DNA of 63,096 nucleotides, counting the filler, from Reticulomyxa filosa (Eukaryota > Protista > Foraminifera), in assembly GCA_000512085.1 (NCBI GenBank). It is 17 parts of 17 records of this genome, joined end to end, with 100 filler letters (N's around TTAATTAATTAA, not from the genome) between each part and the next. Parts side by side here need not be neighbours in the genome. Positions count along the whole stretch, not along the records: positions 58,899 to 63,096 come from ASPP01001914.1; 16 more parts are not named here. One strand, written 5' to 3'. The position numbers were made by a program, and so were the translations under genes. This document shows positions 62,690 to 63,096 of the stretch, one piece after another (within the stretch, counting starts at the first letter, position 1; the number at the start of each line of letters is the position of its first letter). The notes under the pieces were generated by a model that made no database searches, had not been told where the DNA came from, and saw only the letters and a list, made by a program, of their open reading frames with translations.

Positions 62690-63096
62690 ATACTTATATA
62701 TGGTGAATGTTGAATATTTTCGATTTGGTTCAAGTCTGGAGAACTTGGAGTGAAATTCAACACTTTGATAGCGTTTTGTTCAAATCATTCTTTTACTGTA
62801 ATTTCTTTATGATTAGTGTCATTATCTTGCTGAAATATATAATTTCTATTATCTTTTAAACCACAATTAATGCTTTCTGAGCATTTCATCCTAGAATTTC
62901 TTTGCAAATATCTGTATTGACACATCAATTAATGTTACATGCATAAATAGGTCCTAACACTACAATGCAAGACCACATGATTATGCTTCCACTACTGATG
63001 TTTGATCTTTTTATGATTGACGTCAGCTTTCATTTACGCACACATTCATGATAATTTTCAAAAAAATAATTAAAAAACTCAAATATCGAACTACAT
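62690..63096 (-). mobile_element. Tc1-family (DD34E) transposase catalytic-domain relic
   Basis: GSIIMWSCI..., then YIFQQDNDTNH..VKE*FEQNAIKVLNFTPSSPDLNQIENI, with 34 residues between the second D and the E. Contains stops. Confidence 0.9.

Overview
This is AT-rich eukaryotic DNA, not a prokaryotic locus. It is 17 unrelated contig fragments joined by sixteen artificial 100-nt spacers (44 N + TTAATTAATTAA + 44 N), so gene adjacency across spacers carries no information. Genes have short GT-AG introns rich in poly-A/poly-T. The expanded Kelch-like, WD40, TRAF-RING and 7TM families and the many pseudogenes suggest a foraminiferan such as Reticulomyxa filosa (inference). Recognisable genes: Kelch-like propeller proteins, an F-box/LRR-like protein, an NMNAT-like HxGH nucleotidyltransferase, an ankyrin-like + RelA/SpoT-like nucleotidyltransferase, a cyclin, a secreted Zn-free MsrB, an ACL5/thermospermine-synthase-like aminopropyltransferase, a CARMIL-like protein, a PrsW-family protease, an eIF2alpha kinase, a PH-ArfGAP-ANK protein, a GPCR-like 7TM protein, a permuted NlpC/P60 enzyme, RIC1, an RPEL-repeat protein, cytosolic PheRS alpha, ZNF207/BuGZ and a PPR-Smr pseudogene. 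A decayed Tc1/mariner (DD34E) family has left dispersed terminal repeats. The two most striking observations are an AIMP1/p43-like leucine zipper fused to PheRS alpha (a possible unusual multi-synthetase complex) and a spliced eukaryotic ankyrin + RelA/SpoT-like enzyme. All family assignments come from manual motif recognition; no database searches were run.
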